Made by a program: the position numbers and the translations under genes. The notes under the pieces were generated by a model. That model made no database searches and was not told where the DNA came from. It worked only from the letters and a program-made list of their open reading frames with translations. 64,000 nt of DNA, taken from contig JBGAJA010000006.1 of the NCBI GenBank assembly GCA_044225175.1, forward strand, positions 65,049 through 129,048, written 5' to 3'. Positions 1-9,141 of this stretch are shown here, one piece after another (position 1 is the stretch's first letter; each line of letters begins with the position of its first letter). Source of the stretch: Candidatus Omnitrophota bacterium (lineage in GTDB: Bacteria; Omnitrophota; Gorgyraeia; Zapsychrales; Fredricksoniimonadaceae).

Positions 1-283
1 TGTGGAAGATACATACGGTACCAAAAGCGTCAAATTACCGGCAGGACATATGATCCTTTATCCTTCAACTAGTCTTCATCATGTCACGCCAGTCACACGA
101 GGTACTCGCATTTGCTCTTTCTTTTGGATGCAAAGTATGATTCGTGATGATGGGCAAAGAACAATTATGTTTGATCTTGACTCAGCCATACAGCGCATTG
201 GCCGTGATCACCCTAATAGTCCTTATCCCGTTCAGTTAACTGGGATTTATCACAATCTGATTAGACAATGGGCAGAGATGTAA
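1..283 (+). CDS. Fe(II)/2-oxoglutarate-dependent hydroxylase, PKHD-type (PiuC/YbiX family), 5'-truncated by window edge
   Basis: C-terminal motifs [30 protein letters not shown]...FDLD and terminal [10 protein letters not shown] are typical of YbiX/PiuC; iron-uptake context. Confidence 0.9.
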   Translation, partial: VEDTYGTKSVKLPAGHMILYPSTSLHHVTPVTRGTRICSFFWMQSMIRDDGQRTIMFDLDSAIQRIGRDHPNSPYPVQLTGIYHNLIRQWAEM

Positions 284-1449
284 TGGCTCGACAAACCCAT
301 CATAAGCTGACCGTTCGAGACGTTCTTTACCGCGTTCATTTGGTATTTGCCATTGCTACAGGGATAGTTATTTTGATTATATCTGTGACAGGTACAATAC
401 TGGCTTTTCGTCCTCAACTTATTGATTTCGCGGAGCATAAGATTAGATACGTAACAGCGGCGGACAACTCGACTCAATTAAGTTTTAATGAGCTGATATC
501 TAAGGTTCGCCAAGAGTATCCTGACAGTAAGCCTAGAGGGTTAAGTGTTAAGTATGATTCAACAGCAGCTGTTGCAGTGAATTTGGGTAAAGAGGAAGGG
601 ACAGTATATGTAAATCCTTATACTGGTGAAGTTTTAGGTAAGCCTTCCCAAATGACCCATTTCCTTGAGAAAGTTGAAGATTGGCATCGCTGGCTTAATT
701 TAGAAGGGGATTTAAAGCCGATTGGACATCAGATTAAAGGCGCTTGCAATATTGCTTTCTTTATCATGATTGTCACTGGTATTTTTCTGTGGTGGCCGCG
801 CAATTGGAGATGGAAGACTCTTGAGAGCGTTATGAAATTGAATTGGTCGTTGAAAGGTCGCAGCCGTGATTGGAATCAACACAATGTCATTGGCTTTTGG
901 GGTGCTCCTTTTTTAATTGTGATCACCTTGACAGGTGTTGTGATGAGCTATCAATGGGCCAATAATTTAGTGTATCGTATGGCAGGTAATGAGCCCCCTG
1001 TTGCTATGAAAAGGATGGAATCAAGTGAAGCAAATCAATCCAAGGGGAAATCTAAACCAATAGATTATGATATGTTGATTACACAAGCCAAGGAACAAGT
1101 GCCTGGCTGGGCATCAATTAATATGCGTTTGGCAAAGCCTGGTGAGCCTGTCCATATGACAATTGATCAGAATCGATCCGGCAATATTCCTAAACGTTCT
1201 CAATTAACGATTGATCCATCTTCTGGGCAGTTTATTAAATGGGAACCCTACTCGGAGCAGACATTAGGACGCACTTATCGTATATGGGCCCGTTACCTCC
1301 ATACAGGAGAAGCAGGCGGTATTATCGGACAAACAATTGCTTTTTTGGCAGCTCTTGGCACTGTTTTTTTAGTTTGGACAGGTTTTGTTATGGCTTGGCA
1401 AAGATTTTGTGTGTGGCGAAGTAAACGTCAGTATAAAAAGGAGAAATAA
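283..1449 (+). CDS. PepSY-associated TM helix domain protein (PiuB-like, iron-regulated membrane protein)
   Basis: His-containing TM helices (RVHLVF, DWHRWL, HNVIGFW, YLHTGE) and PepSY-like YVNPYTGEVL motif; start placed at ATG 283 overlapping the upstream stop (TAATG). Confidence 0.85.
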   Translation: MARQTHHKLTVRDVLYRVHLVFAIATGIVILIISVTGTILAFRPQLIDFAEHKIRYVTAADNSTQLSFNELISKVRQEYPDSKPRGLSVKYDSTAAVAVNLGKEEGTVYVNPYTGEVLGKPSQMTHFLEKVEDWHRWLNLEGDLKPIGHQIKGACNIAFFIMIVTGIFLWWPRNWRWKTLESVMKLNWSLKGRSRDWNQHNVIGFWGAPFLIVITLTGVVMSYQWANNLVYRMAGNEPPVAMKRMESSEANQSKGKSKPIDYDMLITQAKEQVPGWASINMRLAKPGEPVHMTIDQNRSGNIPKRSQLTIDPSSGQFIKWEPYSEQTLGRTYRIWARYLHTGEAGGIIGQTIAFLAALGTVFLVWTGFVMAWQRFCVWRSKRQYKKEK

Positions 1450-1452
1450 TTT

Positions 1453-2061
1453 ATGTGGAGTATATTTGTCAAAGGTGGGCCTGTGATGTGGCCGCTTCTT
1501 TTAACTTCTTTGGTTGCGGTGACTGTTGTCGTTGAGAGAATCATTTTTATTATTAGAGAGCGCCGCCGCAGACGATCAGACGTGATTGAAAAGATCTTTG
1601 CTTATGTTGAACGTGGAGACGTTGATAGTGCTGTCAAATGCGGACAAGAAACCCAGGACTTTGTTGCGAAAACACTGGTTTATGGTTTAACACATCGGCA
1701 GCATTCGTTTTCTAATGCACTTTTGTTGGCAGCTAATCAAGAGCTCAAACGTTTTAGTCAGGGACTTTCAACATTAGATACCATCATCACTTTGGCGCCC
1801 CTCTTGGGCCTTTTAGGTACTGTAACAGGGATGATTCGTGCTTTTGGTCTTTTGGGGAATAAAGAATTGGAAGCTCCAACAGTCATTACAGGAGGTATTT
1901 CTGAAGCGTTGATTGCAACTGCCTTTGGACTTTTAATTGCTGTTATTGCACTTATTCCTTTTAATTATTTAAATAGCCGCCTGGAAGATGCCAGACATGA
2001 AATCGAAGATGCAGGGACATACCTTGAACTTTTGATCGTTAAGTTGGTCAATAAAATATGA
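1453..2061 (+). CDS. exbB: MotA/TolQ/ExbB proton channel family protein
   Basis: GGPVMWPLL N-terminus; APLLGLLGTVTGMIRAF and GISEALIATAFGL motifs; followed by exbD and tonB. Confidence 0.92.
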   Translation: MWSIFVKGGPVMWPLLLTSLVAVTVVVERIIFIIRERRRRRSDVIEKIFAYVERGDVDSAVKCGQETQDFVAKTLVYGLTHRQHSFSNALLLAANQELKRFSQGLSTLDTIITLAPLLGLLGTVTGMIRAFGLLGNKELEAPTVITGGISEALIATAFGLLIAVIALIPFNYLNSRLEDARHEIEDAGTYLELLIVKLVNKI

Positions 2062-2471
2062 AAATACCTTCACCTATAGCGAAGAAACGAGTCCGTATCG
2101 AGATTATTCCGCTTATTGATATTATCTTTTTTCTTTTAGCCACATTTGTCATGGTTTCTTTATCTATGGTTAAGAATCAAGGTATTTCTGTCAATTTACC
2201 GACAGCGACTACTAGCACTCAACAAGAAATTGAAAAGATTGTCACACTTTCTGTAAGTGAAAATGGAGATATTTATGTGGATAAAGACAAGGTTTCTTTT
2301 GAGGAAATGACTGCCCAATTAACTCATTTAAAAGCAAGTCAACCAAATTTAAAAATCCTCATTAATGGGGATGACAAAGCAGATTTTGGAAAGGCGATTG
2401 GTATTTTGGATGAAGTACGGCGCATCGGAATCACCAAAGTATCTATACGTACAAAAAATCATGCCAAATGA
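2058..2471 (+). CDS. exbD: Biopolymer transporter ExbD/TolR
   Basis: IEIIPLIDIIFFLLATFVMVS TM motif with conserved Asp; C-terminal INGD..ADFG. Confidence 0.92.
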   Translation: MKIPSPIAKKRVRIEIIPLIDIIFFLLATFVMVSLSMVKNQGISVNLPTATTSTQQEIEKIVTLSVSENGDIYVDKDKVSFEEMTAQLTHLKASQPNLKILINGDDKADFGKAIGILDEVRRIGITKVSIRTKNHAK

Positions 2472-3144
2472 ACTTAAAGAAGTGAATGTCGTTTCAGAAC
2501 GCGTTGTTTTAAAAGACATGATGTGTCCTTTGATCCGTCTGGATCAATCACGACGCAAAGATAAGTCTGTGAGTTTTTCCATATCAGTTGTTTTGCATGT
2601 GGTGATTTTTCTTTTGGTTGGATTGTCCTTGATTAAGCCGCCGCAGTTTGGGGTTGATCAAGGTCTTGGTGGAATCGAAGTCAATTTGGTTGCTGCGCCA
2701 TCCGAGGTTGTTCCTAAAATGGTTGTTGAGACTCCTGTTGAGGCTCCATCTGAATTTATCGAGAAAGTTATTGAGAAGCCATTGCCACCAGTAGAAGAGA
2801 AACCTATTATAAAAACTGAGGGAAAAAATAAGAATACAGTCCAAACTACTGCAGGAGCCATTTCAGAGGCTAAGCCTGATTATTTAAATAATCCTGCACC
2901 CGCTTATCCAGCAGAGGCAAGACGAAAAGGCTGGGAGGGAACTGTTGTTCTAAAAGCTTTGGTTGATAAAAATGGATTTCCTCAAGAAGTGAAGATCGAA
3001 AAAAGTTCAGGACATTATTCTCTGGATAAGGTAGCATTAGAAGCAGTTAAAAAATGGAAATTTCATCCAGCAAAATTAGGAAGTATGCCAGTTGAATCTT
3101 CGGTCGTTGTTCCAGTGAGATTTGATCTGGACACTTCCAAATAA
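2461..3144 (+). CDS. tonB: Energy transducer TonB
   Basis: TM anchor with SVVLH motif, Pro/Glu-rich linker, C-terminal YPAEARRKGWEGTV...SSG...LD..ALEAVKKWKF; start moved to ATG 2461. Confidence 0.9.
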   Translation: MPNELKEVNVVSERVVLKDMMCPLIRLDQSRRKDKSVSFSISVVLHVVIFLLVGLSLIKPPQFGVDQGLGGIEVNLVAAPSEVVPKMVVETPVEAPSEFIEKVIEKPLPPVEEKPIIKTEGKNKNTVQTTAGAISEAKPDYLNNPAPAYPAEARRKGWEGTVVLKALVDKNGFPQEVKIEKSSGHYSLDKVALEAVKKWKFHPAKLGSMPVESSVVVPVRFDLDTSK

Positions 3145-3149
3145 TCCGC

Positions 3150-3275
3150 ATGGAAATTCAAACACTTATTGTTTTTGTGATTATTGCTATCAGCCTTTGG
3201 TATTTGACCAAAGGGTTATTGAAATCTCTTAAGAATAAAAAAGATAAGCATTGCTCAGGATGTGGTAAGGATTAA
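3150..3275 (+). CDS. FeoB-associated Cys-rich small membrane protein (41 aa, below ORF-track cutoff)
   Basis: Translated by hand: MEIQTLIVFVIIAISLWYLTKGLLKSLKNKKDKHCSGCGKD; single TM, basic patch, CxGC tail; fills the gap between tonB and feoA. Confidence 0.8.
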   Translation: MEIQTLIVFVIIAISLWYLTKGLLKSLKNKKDKHCSGCGKD

Positions 3276-3276
3276 T

Positions 3277-3825
3277 ATGGCTTGGTTTAAAAAATTTTTT
3301 TCAGGTAAGCAAAAAGAATGTATTTGTCAGGAGGCTCCAAAGAGTCTTAGCGAGTCTTCCGTCGGGCAACGCAGTCAAATTAAGTGCCTTGTTGGTGAAG
3401 AAAAGACATGCCAACGTCTAAGGGAGATGGGGTTTTGTGAATCTTCTATGGTTGAGAAGATTGCGGATAGCGGCACATTGATTTGTAAGGTGTGCGATAG
3501 TAAGGTTGTCATCAGTAAAGAGCTGGCGCAAAACATCATTGTGGTAGATGTTTGTCAATTACCAGGCCATATGAATTCTAAGGATGGTTCTAAAATGATG
3601 CTTTTAAGTCAAATGACACTCGGACAAAAAGGTATCATCGATAACTTTGTTGCTGATAGTGATGATTGTGAACGCATTGAAGAAATGGGAGTCACTCCTG
3701 GAGAAATGGTTGAAATCGTTCGCTATGCTCCCTTAGGAGATCCTATTGAGATTAAAATACGTGGTTACCTTCTTTCTTTACGCAAACAGGAAGCAGAGCG
3801 TATTAAAGTAAAACTTCTTTCCTAA
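3277..3825 (+). CDS. feoA: Ferrous iron transport protein A with two tandem FeoA domains
   Basis: Domain 1 QRLREMGF..S.VE; domain 2 RIEEMGVTPG..VEIVRYAPLGDPIEIKIRGYLLSLRK.EA; start at ATG 3277. Confidence 0.9.
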   Translation: MAWFKKFFSGKQKECICQEAPKSLSESSVGQRSQIKCLVGEEKTCQRLREMGFCESSMVEKIADSGTLICKVCDSKVVISKELAQNIIVVDVCQLPGHMNSKDGSKMMLLSQMTLGQKGIIDNFVADSDDCERIEEMGVTPGEMVEIVRYAPLGDPIEIKIRGYLLSLRKQEAERIKVKLLS

Positions 3826-3829
3826 ATCT

Positions 3830-5944
3830 ATGTCTCAAGAGAATTCTATTAATCCAGAACAAACGATTAAAACAATTGTTCTTGCTGGAAATCCTAATTC
3901 CGGTAAGACAACTCTCTTTAATGCCTTTACTAAGCTTCGTCAGAAGGTTGGCAATTACGCAGGTGTTACTGTGGAAAAGAAAACAGGAACACTTGTATTA
4001 GCCAAAGATCGGGTCGTGAATGTCATTGATCTTCCAGGGACATACAGTCTAGCTGTCCGCTCTCCAGATGAACAAGTAGCCCGCGATGTGTTATTGGGCC
4101 GCACTCCTGAAACTCCCAAACCTGACATGGTTGTTTGTGTGGTGGATGCTGGAAATTTGGAGCGCAATCTTTATTTGGTCAGTCAAATCCAAGACTTAGG
4201 GTTACCCATGGTCATTGCTTTAAATATGATGGATGAAGTTGAGTTAAAAGGCAGAACAATTGATGTGGCTAAGTTATCTCAAAAGTTAGGGGTGCCTGTA
4301 GTTCCGACGGTGGCTAACCAAAATAAAGGGATTGAAGAGCTTAAAGAATTGATTGCTAATGGTGTCCAGGTCCAATACAAGCGTGGGTGGCGTATGGCGC
4401 CTGATTTGGAAGAGGACATTGAACATTTAGTCAGGCTTTTGGTCCAACATGAGGGAATGTCATCCAATGAAGCTTTTGCCGAAGCTCTAGTGTTTATGTC
4501 CGTATGGCCGAATTTAAAGAATGAAGAGAAATCAAATTCCACCAAACGTTTCTATAAACAAGAATTGATCTCTCAGATTAATTTGATTCAAGAGCGTTTG
4601 AGAAAAAAAGGCCTACGTGCTAAAACAGCGGCTATTGAAGCCAGATATGATTGGATTAAATTTATTATCAAAGAATGTGTCACGGATAAAAATAAAAAAG
4701 GTCCTGATCTCACAGAACGCATTGATGCATTTCTAACCCACAGAATTTTTGGTTGGGTGTTCTTTTTAGGGATTATGGGTTTTGTGTTTTATATGATTTT
4801 TACGGTCGCAGCAATTCCGATGGATTTTATTAGCAATATATTTACTCAATTATCCAATTGGGTTAGTTCAGTGATGCCTCCCGGGGATTTGCAGGATTTG
4901 ATTGCTAATGGTGTCATTGCGGGTGTTGGGGGGGTAGTTGTCTTTCTACCTCAAATTTTGATTTTGTTCTTATTTATTGGTCTCTTACAAGATACGGGTT
5001 ATATGGCTCGTGCCGCTTTTATCATGGATCGTGTGATGAATAAAGTAGGACTGCACGGTAAGTCATTTATTCCTTTATTAAGCTCTTTTGCCTGTGCTAT
5101 TCCTGGAATCATGTCTGCTCGAACGATCGAAAGCCCTAAGGACAGACTTGTGACCATTCTAGTTGCTCCTTTAATGAGTTGTTCAGCTAGACTTCCTGTG
5201 TATGCTGTCATGATTGCTGTGATCATGCCTTTAGCCAATGGATGGCAAAAGGCTGGTCTTTTGTTAATTATGTATATGGTTGGTATTACTGGTGCATGTC
5301 TTATGGCTTGGTTGTTCAAATCTACTTTGCTACGTTCTCAAAAGCCTGTTTTTATTATGGAGCTTCCCCCTTATAGACTTCCTTCCTGGAAAGCTGTGTT
5401 CATTCATATGTGGGAACGAAGCGGCCTCTTTCTTAAAAGGGCAGGGACAGTCATTTTAGCTATTTCGATCATTCTTTGGGCCTTAATGACCTATCCTAAG
5501 CATCCAGGTGTAGATAAAAGTGAAGCTTTGAAATTAAGCTATGCAGGACAAGCAGGGACTTTGATTGAACCCATCATTCAGCCGCTAGGCTATGATTGGC
5601 GAGTTGGAATTGGTCTCATTGGTTCTTTTGCAGCCCGTGAAGTCTTTGTTTCAACAATGAGTATCGTTTTTAACTTAGAAGACGATGCTAAGGAAGATAC
5701 ATTGCGAGAAGCCTTTCAAAAAGCCACATGGCCTGATGGCAGGCCATTGTTTACACCTTTGATGTGTATTAGTCTTATGATTTTTTATGTATTTGCCCTT
5801 CAATGCGTGAGCACCATTGCCGTTGTGTATCGAGAGACAAATTCTTGGTTTTGGCCGCTATTTCAATTTGTTTATATGGCAGTTTTGGCTTACTTAGCGG
5901 CTTTATTTGTTTATCAAGTGGGTCATCTATTAGGGTTTTCTTAA
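3830..5944 (+). CDS. feoB: Ferrous iron transport protein B
   Basis: G1 GNPNSGKT, VGNYAGVTVEKK, G3 DLPGTYSL, G4 NMMD, membrane domain with GYMARAAFIMDR and MSCSARLPVY. Confidence 0.97.
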   Translation: MSQENSINPEQTIKTIVLAGNPNSGKTTLFNAFTKLRQKVGNYAGVTVEKKTGTLVLAKDRVVNVIDLPGTYSLAVRSPDEQVARDVLLGRTPETPKPDMVVCVVDAGNLERNLYLVSQIQDLGLPMVIALNMMDEVELKGRTIDVAKLSQKLGVPVVPTVANQNKGIEELKELIANGVQVQYKRGWRMAPDLEEDIEHLVRLLVQHEGMSSNEAFAEALVFMSVWPNLKNEEKSNSTKRFYKQELISQINLIQERLRKKGLRAKTAAIEARYDWIKFIIKECVTDKNKKGPDLTERIDAFLTHRIFGWVFFLGIMGFVFYMIFTVAAIPMDFISNIFTQLSNWVSSVMPPGDLQDLIANGVIAGVGGVVVFLPQILILFLFIGLLQDTGYMARAAFIMDRVMNKVGLHGKSFIPLLSSFACAIPGIMSARTIESPKDRLVTILVAPLMSCSARLPVYAVMIAVIMPLANGWQKAGLLLIMYMVGITGACLMAWLFKSTLLRSQKPVFIMELPPYRLPSWKAVFIHMWERSGLFLKRAGTVILAISIILWALMTYPKHPGVDKSEALKLSYAGQAGTLIEPIIQPLGYDWRVGIGLIGSFAAREVFVSTMSIVFNLEDDAKEDTLREAFQKATWPDGRPLFTPLMCISLMIFYVFALQCVSTIAVVYRETNSWFWPLFQFVYMAVLAYLAALFVYQVGHLLGFS

Positions 5945-5963
5945 AGTTTGCTTTTTTTTCATA

Positions 5964-5984
5964 TTATGAGATACTGTCTCATAA
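5964..5984. promoter_or_regulatory. Palindromic operator, Fur-box-like
   Basis: TTATGAGA-tactg-TCTCATAA perfect 8-bp inverted repeat just upstream of the RBS (AAGGAG) of the 6003 gene, in an iron-uptake locus. Confidence 0.5.
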
Positions 5985-6002
5985 ATTAAAGGAGAATCTA
6001 AA

Positions 6003-6857
6003 ATGAAGTTTTCAATGATAATAGTTGTGTGTTTATGTTTGATAAACGTGATGAGAGCAGCAAATAGTTATGGAAGTGAAAAGGACCAGTATCATTTCTT
6101 TAATCCTACGCCACGGGAACTCATGCGTGAGATGTCGACAGATAGGCCAGATAAAACAGAAAGTCCTTACACAGTTGATGCTGGACATTATCAAATTGAA
6201 TCTAGTTTGATTGATTACACATATGATCATAGAAATACAGATCAAACAGACACGCGAGTTGATAACTTCAGCATTTTCCCAACAAATTTTAAAGCTGGCT
6301 TGTTAAGTAATGTGGATCTCCAAATTGTCATGGATCCTTATATTTCTGAACATTCCCAGGGGGATGGGGCAAAGGAAGCAAAGAAAGGCTTTGGTGACAT
6401 TCAAAGCAGACTAAAGGTCAATCTGTGGGGTAATGATGAAGGGGCAACTGCTTTGGCGGTAATGCCTTTTATAAAGTTTCCTACCAACTCTAATGATCTA
6501 GGCAATAATGCTGTAGAAGGAGGAGTAATTGTCCCTTTAGCTATTTCTCTACCGGCACAGTGGAGTATGGGTTTAATGACGGAATTTGATTTTACCCGCA
6601 ATGAAGAAAAGAATTATTTTACTGATTTTATTAACACGATTACATTTGGACACCAAATTATTGGAAATTTAAACGGTTATATTGAGTTTTTCAGCAGTGT
6701 TAATCATGAAGAGGCATCTCAATGGATTGGCACAGTAGATGCTGGATTAACGTATGCTCTTTCCAATGACATTCAATTGGATGGGGGAGTCAATATGGGG
6801 GTCACCAATTCTGCAGACGATTTTAATCCCTTTCTGGGATGCACAATCAGATATTGA
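6003..6857 (+). CDS. Outer-membrane beta-barrel transporter (MetA-pathway-of-phenol-degradation / SphA-like family)
   Basis: Signal peptide, STDRPDKTESPYTVDAGHYQIE motif, GFGDI..RLK, alternating beta-strands, C-terminal aromatic residue. Confidence 0.75.
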   Translation: MKFSMIIVVCLCLINVMRAANSYGSEKDQYHFFNPTPRELMREMSTDRPDKTESPYTVDAGHYQIESSLIDYTYDHRNTDQTDTRVDNFSIFPTNFKAGLLSNVDLQIVMDPYISEHSQGDGAKEAKKGFGDIQSRLKVNLWGNDEGATALAVMPFIKFPTNSNDLGNNAVEGGVIVPLAISLPAQWSMGLMTEFDFTRNEEKNYFTDFINTITFGHQIIGNLNGYIEFFSSVNHEEASQWIGTVDAGLTYALSNDIQLDGGVNMGVTNSADDFNPFLGCTIRY

Positions 6858-6890
6858 CGGACATTCTGGTCCGTGTTAAATTTGACCCCA

Positions 6891-7340
6891 ATGTCTAAGA
6901 AAATTCTCACTAAAAGTCCGCAAGAAACTATTAACACCGCTTCAGAGTTCTCCAAGAATTTAAAAGCAGGTGACACTCTCTTATTAGAAGGAGATTTGGG
7001 CTCTGGCAAGACTACATTTGTAAAAGGTTTAGCCAAAGGATTAAAAGCCAAGATCACAGATGTCAATAGTCCCACTTTTGTATTAATGAATATTTACAAG
7101 GGCAGGATTCCCATCTATCATTTTGATCTGTATCGTTTAGAAAAGTCTCAAGAAATTGAATCTCTTAATATTGATGAATATTTGAATGCTGATGGGGTCT
7201 CTGTGATTGAATGGCCTAAGCGTTTAGGTTCCAATATGCCTGAAAATGCTTATTGGATTGAATTTAGACACAAAGATGAACATACGCGAGAAATATGTAT
7301 CTCTTATCCCTTGAAACCTCAACAAAAAGTTTCTCGTTAG
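6891..7340 (+). CDS. tsaE: tRNA threonylcarbamoyladenosine biosynthesis ATPase TsaE
   Basis: LEGDLGSGKTTFVKG, SPTF, HFDLYRL, IEW motifs. Confidence 0.95.
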   Translation: MSKKILTKSPQETINTASEFSKNLKAGDTLLLEGDLGSGKTTFVKGLAKGLKAKITDVNSPTFVLMNIYKGRIPIYHFDLYRLEKSQEIESLNIDEYLNADGVSVIEWPKRLGSNMPENAYWIEFRHKDEHTREICISYPLKPQQKVSR

Positions 7341-7969
7341 CAGTTTCCAAAGACGAGAAGATCTTACGATTTCGCAATATGCGAACGGCGAAGATCTTAG
7401 AATCCTCTATTATCACAGCTATTGATCGGCTTTTAAAATCGTGTCATTTAGATCTTCAGAAGATTGATACTTTTGCTATTGGCCTGGGGCCAGGATCTTT
7501 CACCAGCTTAAGAGTAGGGTTATCCACGGTCAAAGGTTTTACATTGGCTTTGAACAAGAATATTGTTGGAATAGGAGGCTTGGACATGATTGCGCAGGGA
7601 GTGGGGAAAATCCAGGCAGATCAAATTTGTGTCATAGTTGATGCAAGGCGAGGGAAGATTTATACCGCAATTTATGATAAAGCTATGGTCCAGAAGACAG
7701 AATATCTATTAACAACGGTTGAAGATATTCTTAAGAAATTAAAAGGCACAACATTGTTTGTTGGAGATGGTTTAAGTTTGTACAAAGGAGTTATTGAAAA
7801 GACTTATCAAGGGCAGTCTATCTTTGCTCCGGAAAAATTTTGGTATCCTAAGGCCCAAGTTTTAGCTAAACTTGGCTTTAAGAAAGCAAAGCAAAAGCAA
7901 TATGATGATCCAGCTAAAATAGTTCCTGTGTACCTCTACCCTCAAGATTGTCAGGTCGACAAACGATGA
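7295..7969 (+). CDS. tsaB: tRNA threonylcarbamoyladenosine biosynthesis protein TsaB
   Basis: LSLETST, GPGSFTSLRVG, DARRG motifs; adjacent to tsaE. Confidence 0.93.
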   Translation: MYLLSLETSTKSFSLAVSKDEKILRFRNMRTAKILESSIITAIDRLLKSCHLDLQKIDTFAIGLGPGSFTSLRVGLSTVKGFTLALNKNIVGIGGLDMIAQGVGKIQADQICVIVDARRGKIYTAIYDKAMVQKTEYLLTTVEDILKKLKGTTLFVGDGLSLYKGVIEKTYQGQSIFAPEKFWYPKAQVLAKLGFKKAKQKQYDDPAKIVPVYLYPQDCQVDKR

Positions 7970-9141
7970 CACAAGAAACTCAATACTCTCAAGAAGTAGC
8001 CGTCAAACCTCTCACATGGGTTGAAATTGACTCTAAAGCCATCGAACATAATTGGAAAGAGCTTAAGAAGCTAGCAGCAGCAAATATGGCCTACAATGCA
8101 GGAATTATGCCTGTCATTAAGGCTGATGCCTATGGCCACGGGATGATTCCTATAGCTCAGAATTTATCGGATCTCGGATGCAAGTTCTTTGGTGTTTCAA
8201 ACGTTCAAGAAGGGCTCTCCCTTAGAGAGGCTGGATTTAAACAAAAAATCCTTCTTTTTGAAAGTACCCTTGCTGAAGATGCCAATGCGATTGTCGTAGG
8301 CCAGTTGACTCCCACTGTTTGTAATTTGAAATTAGCTAACAGATTAGATGATTTGGCTAAATCCCAGAACATAGAAATACCTGTCCATATCAAGATTGAT
8401 ACTGGAATGGGACGTTTGGGTGTTGCAGAAGATCAAGTGCTCGATTTTGTTTTAAAGATCAGAGAAGACTTTAAGAATCTGAAATTAGAGGGGATTTATA
8501 CTCATTTTCCCGTCGCAGATACAGATCGTGACTTTACATTTTCTCAAATGAGACGTTTTCGAGACATTGTATTCTCTCTTGAAAATCAGTTTATTACTTT
8601 TACCTATGTCCACGCGGGAAATAGCATGGGACTAGGCGACTATAAGAGTGAGTTGTTTAATTTGGCCCGGCCTGGTCTTATGGTCTATGGGCTTTATCCC
8701 AGCCAAGAAGTTAAGACAAAGGTTCATCTGAAACCAGTCATGTCTGTGAAGGCGAAAATTATTTTTGTCAAAACAATCAAAAAAGGCCAGGGCATTAGCT
8801 ATGGCCATACCTTTAAAGCCAAAGAAGATACAACGATTGCCGTCTTGCCTATTGGCTACAGCAATGGATATTTGCGGGCATTATCCAACAAAGCATTTGT
8901 GTTAATTCAAGGGGTTCGTTGTCCCGTGGTTGGAAGGGTCACTATGGACCAATTGATTATCGATGTCTCAACTGTTTGTCTGTCAGGTCAAATCCCTCGT
9001 ATTGGTCAAGAAGCTGTTCTTGTGGGACACCAAAAAGACCAAACTCTTTCGTGCGATGAGCTAGCCCTTTGGGCTGACACCATCAGCTACGAAATCGTCT
9101 GCTCCTTAGGCAGCCGCCTACCGCGGGTTTATATTTCTTAG
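7966..9141 (+). CDS. alr: Alanine racemase
   Basis: PLP lysine motif VIKADAYGHG, KIDTGMGRLG, ISYG, GRVTMDQ, TISYEI. Confidence 0.96.
   Translation: MTQETQYSQEVAVKPLTWVEIDSKAIEHNWKELKKLAAANMAYNAGIMPVIKADAYGHGMIPIAQNLSDLGCKFFGVSNVQEGLSLREAGFKQKILLFESTLAEDANAIVVGQLTPTVCNLKLANRLDDLAKSQNIEIPVHIKIDTGMGRLGVAEDQVLDFVLKIREDFKNLKLEGIYTHFPVADTDRDFTFSQMRRFRDIVFSLENQFITFTYVHAGNSMGLGDYKSELFNLARPGLMVYGLYPSQEVKTKVHLKPVMSVKAKIIFVKTIKKGQGISYGHTFKAKEDTTIAVLPIGYSNGYLRALSNKAFVLIQGVRCPVVGRVTMDQLIIDVSTVCLSGQIPRIGQEAVLVGHQKDQTLSCDELALWADTISYEIVCSLGSRLPRVYIS

Noticed and set aside
3277-5944. feoAB as part of a magnetosome island
   Set aside because: No mam, mms or mad-like genes in the window; the context is ordinary TonB-linked iron uptake.
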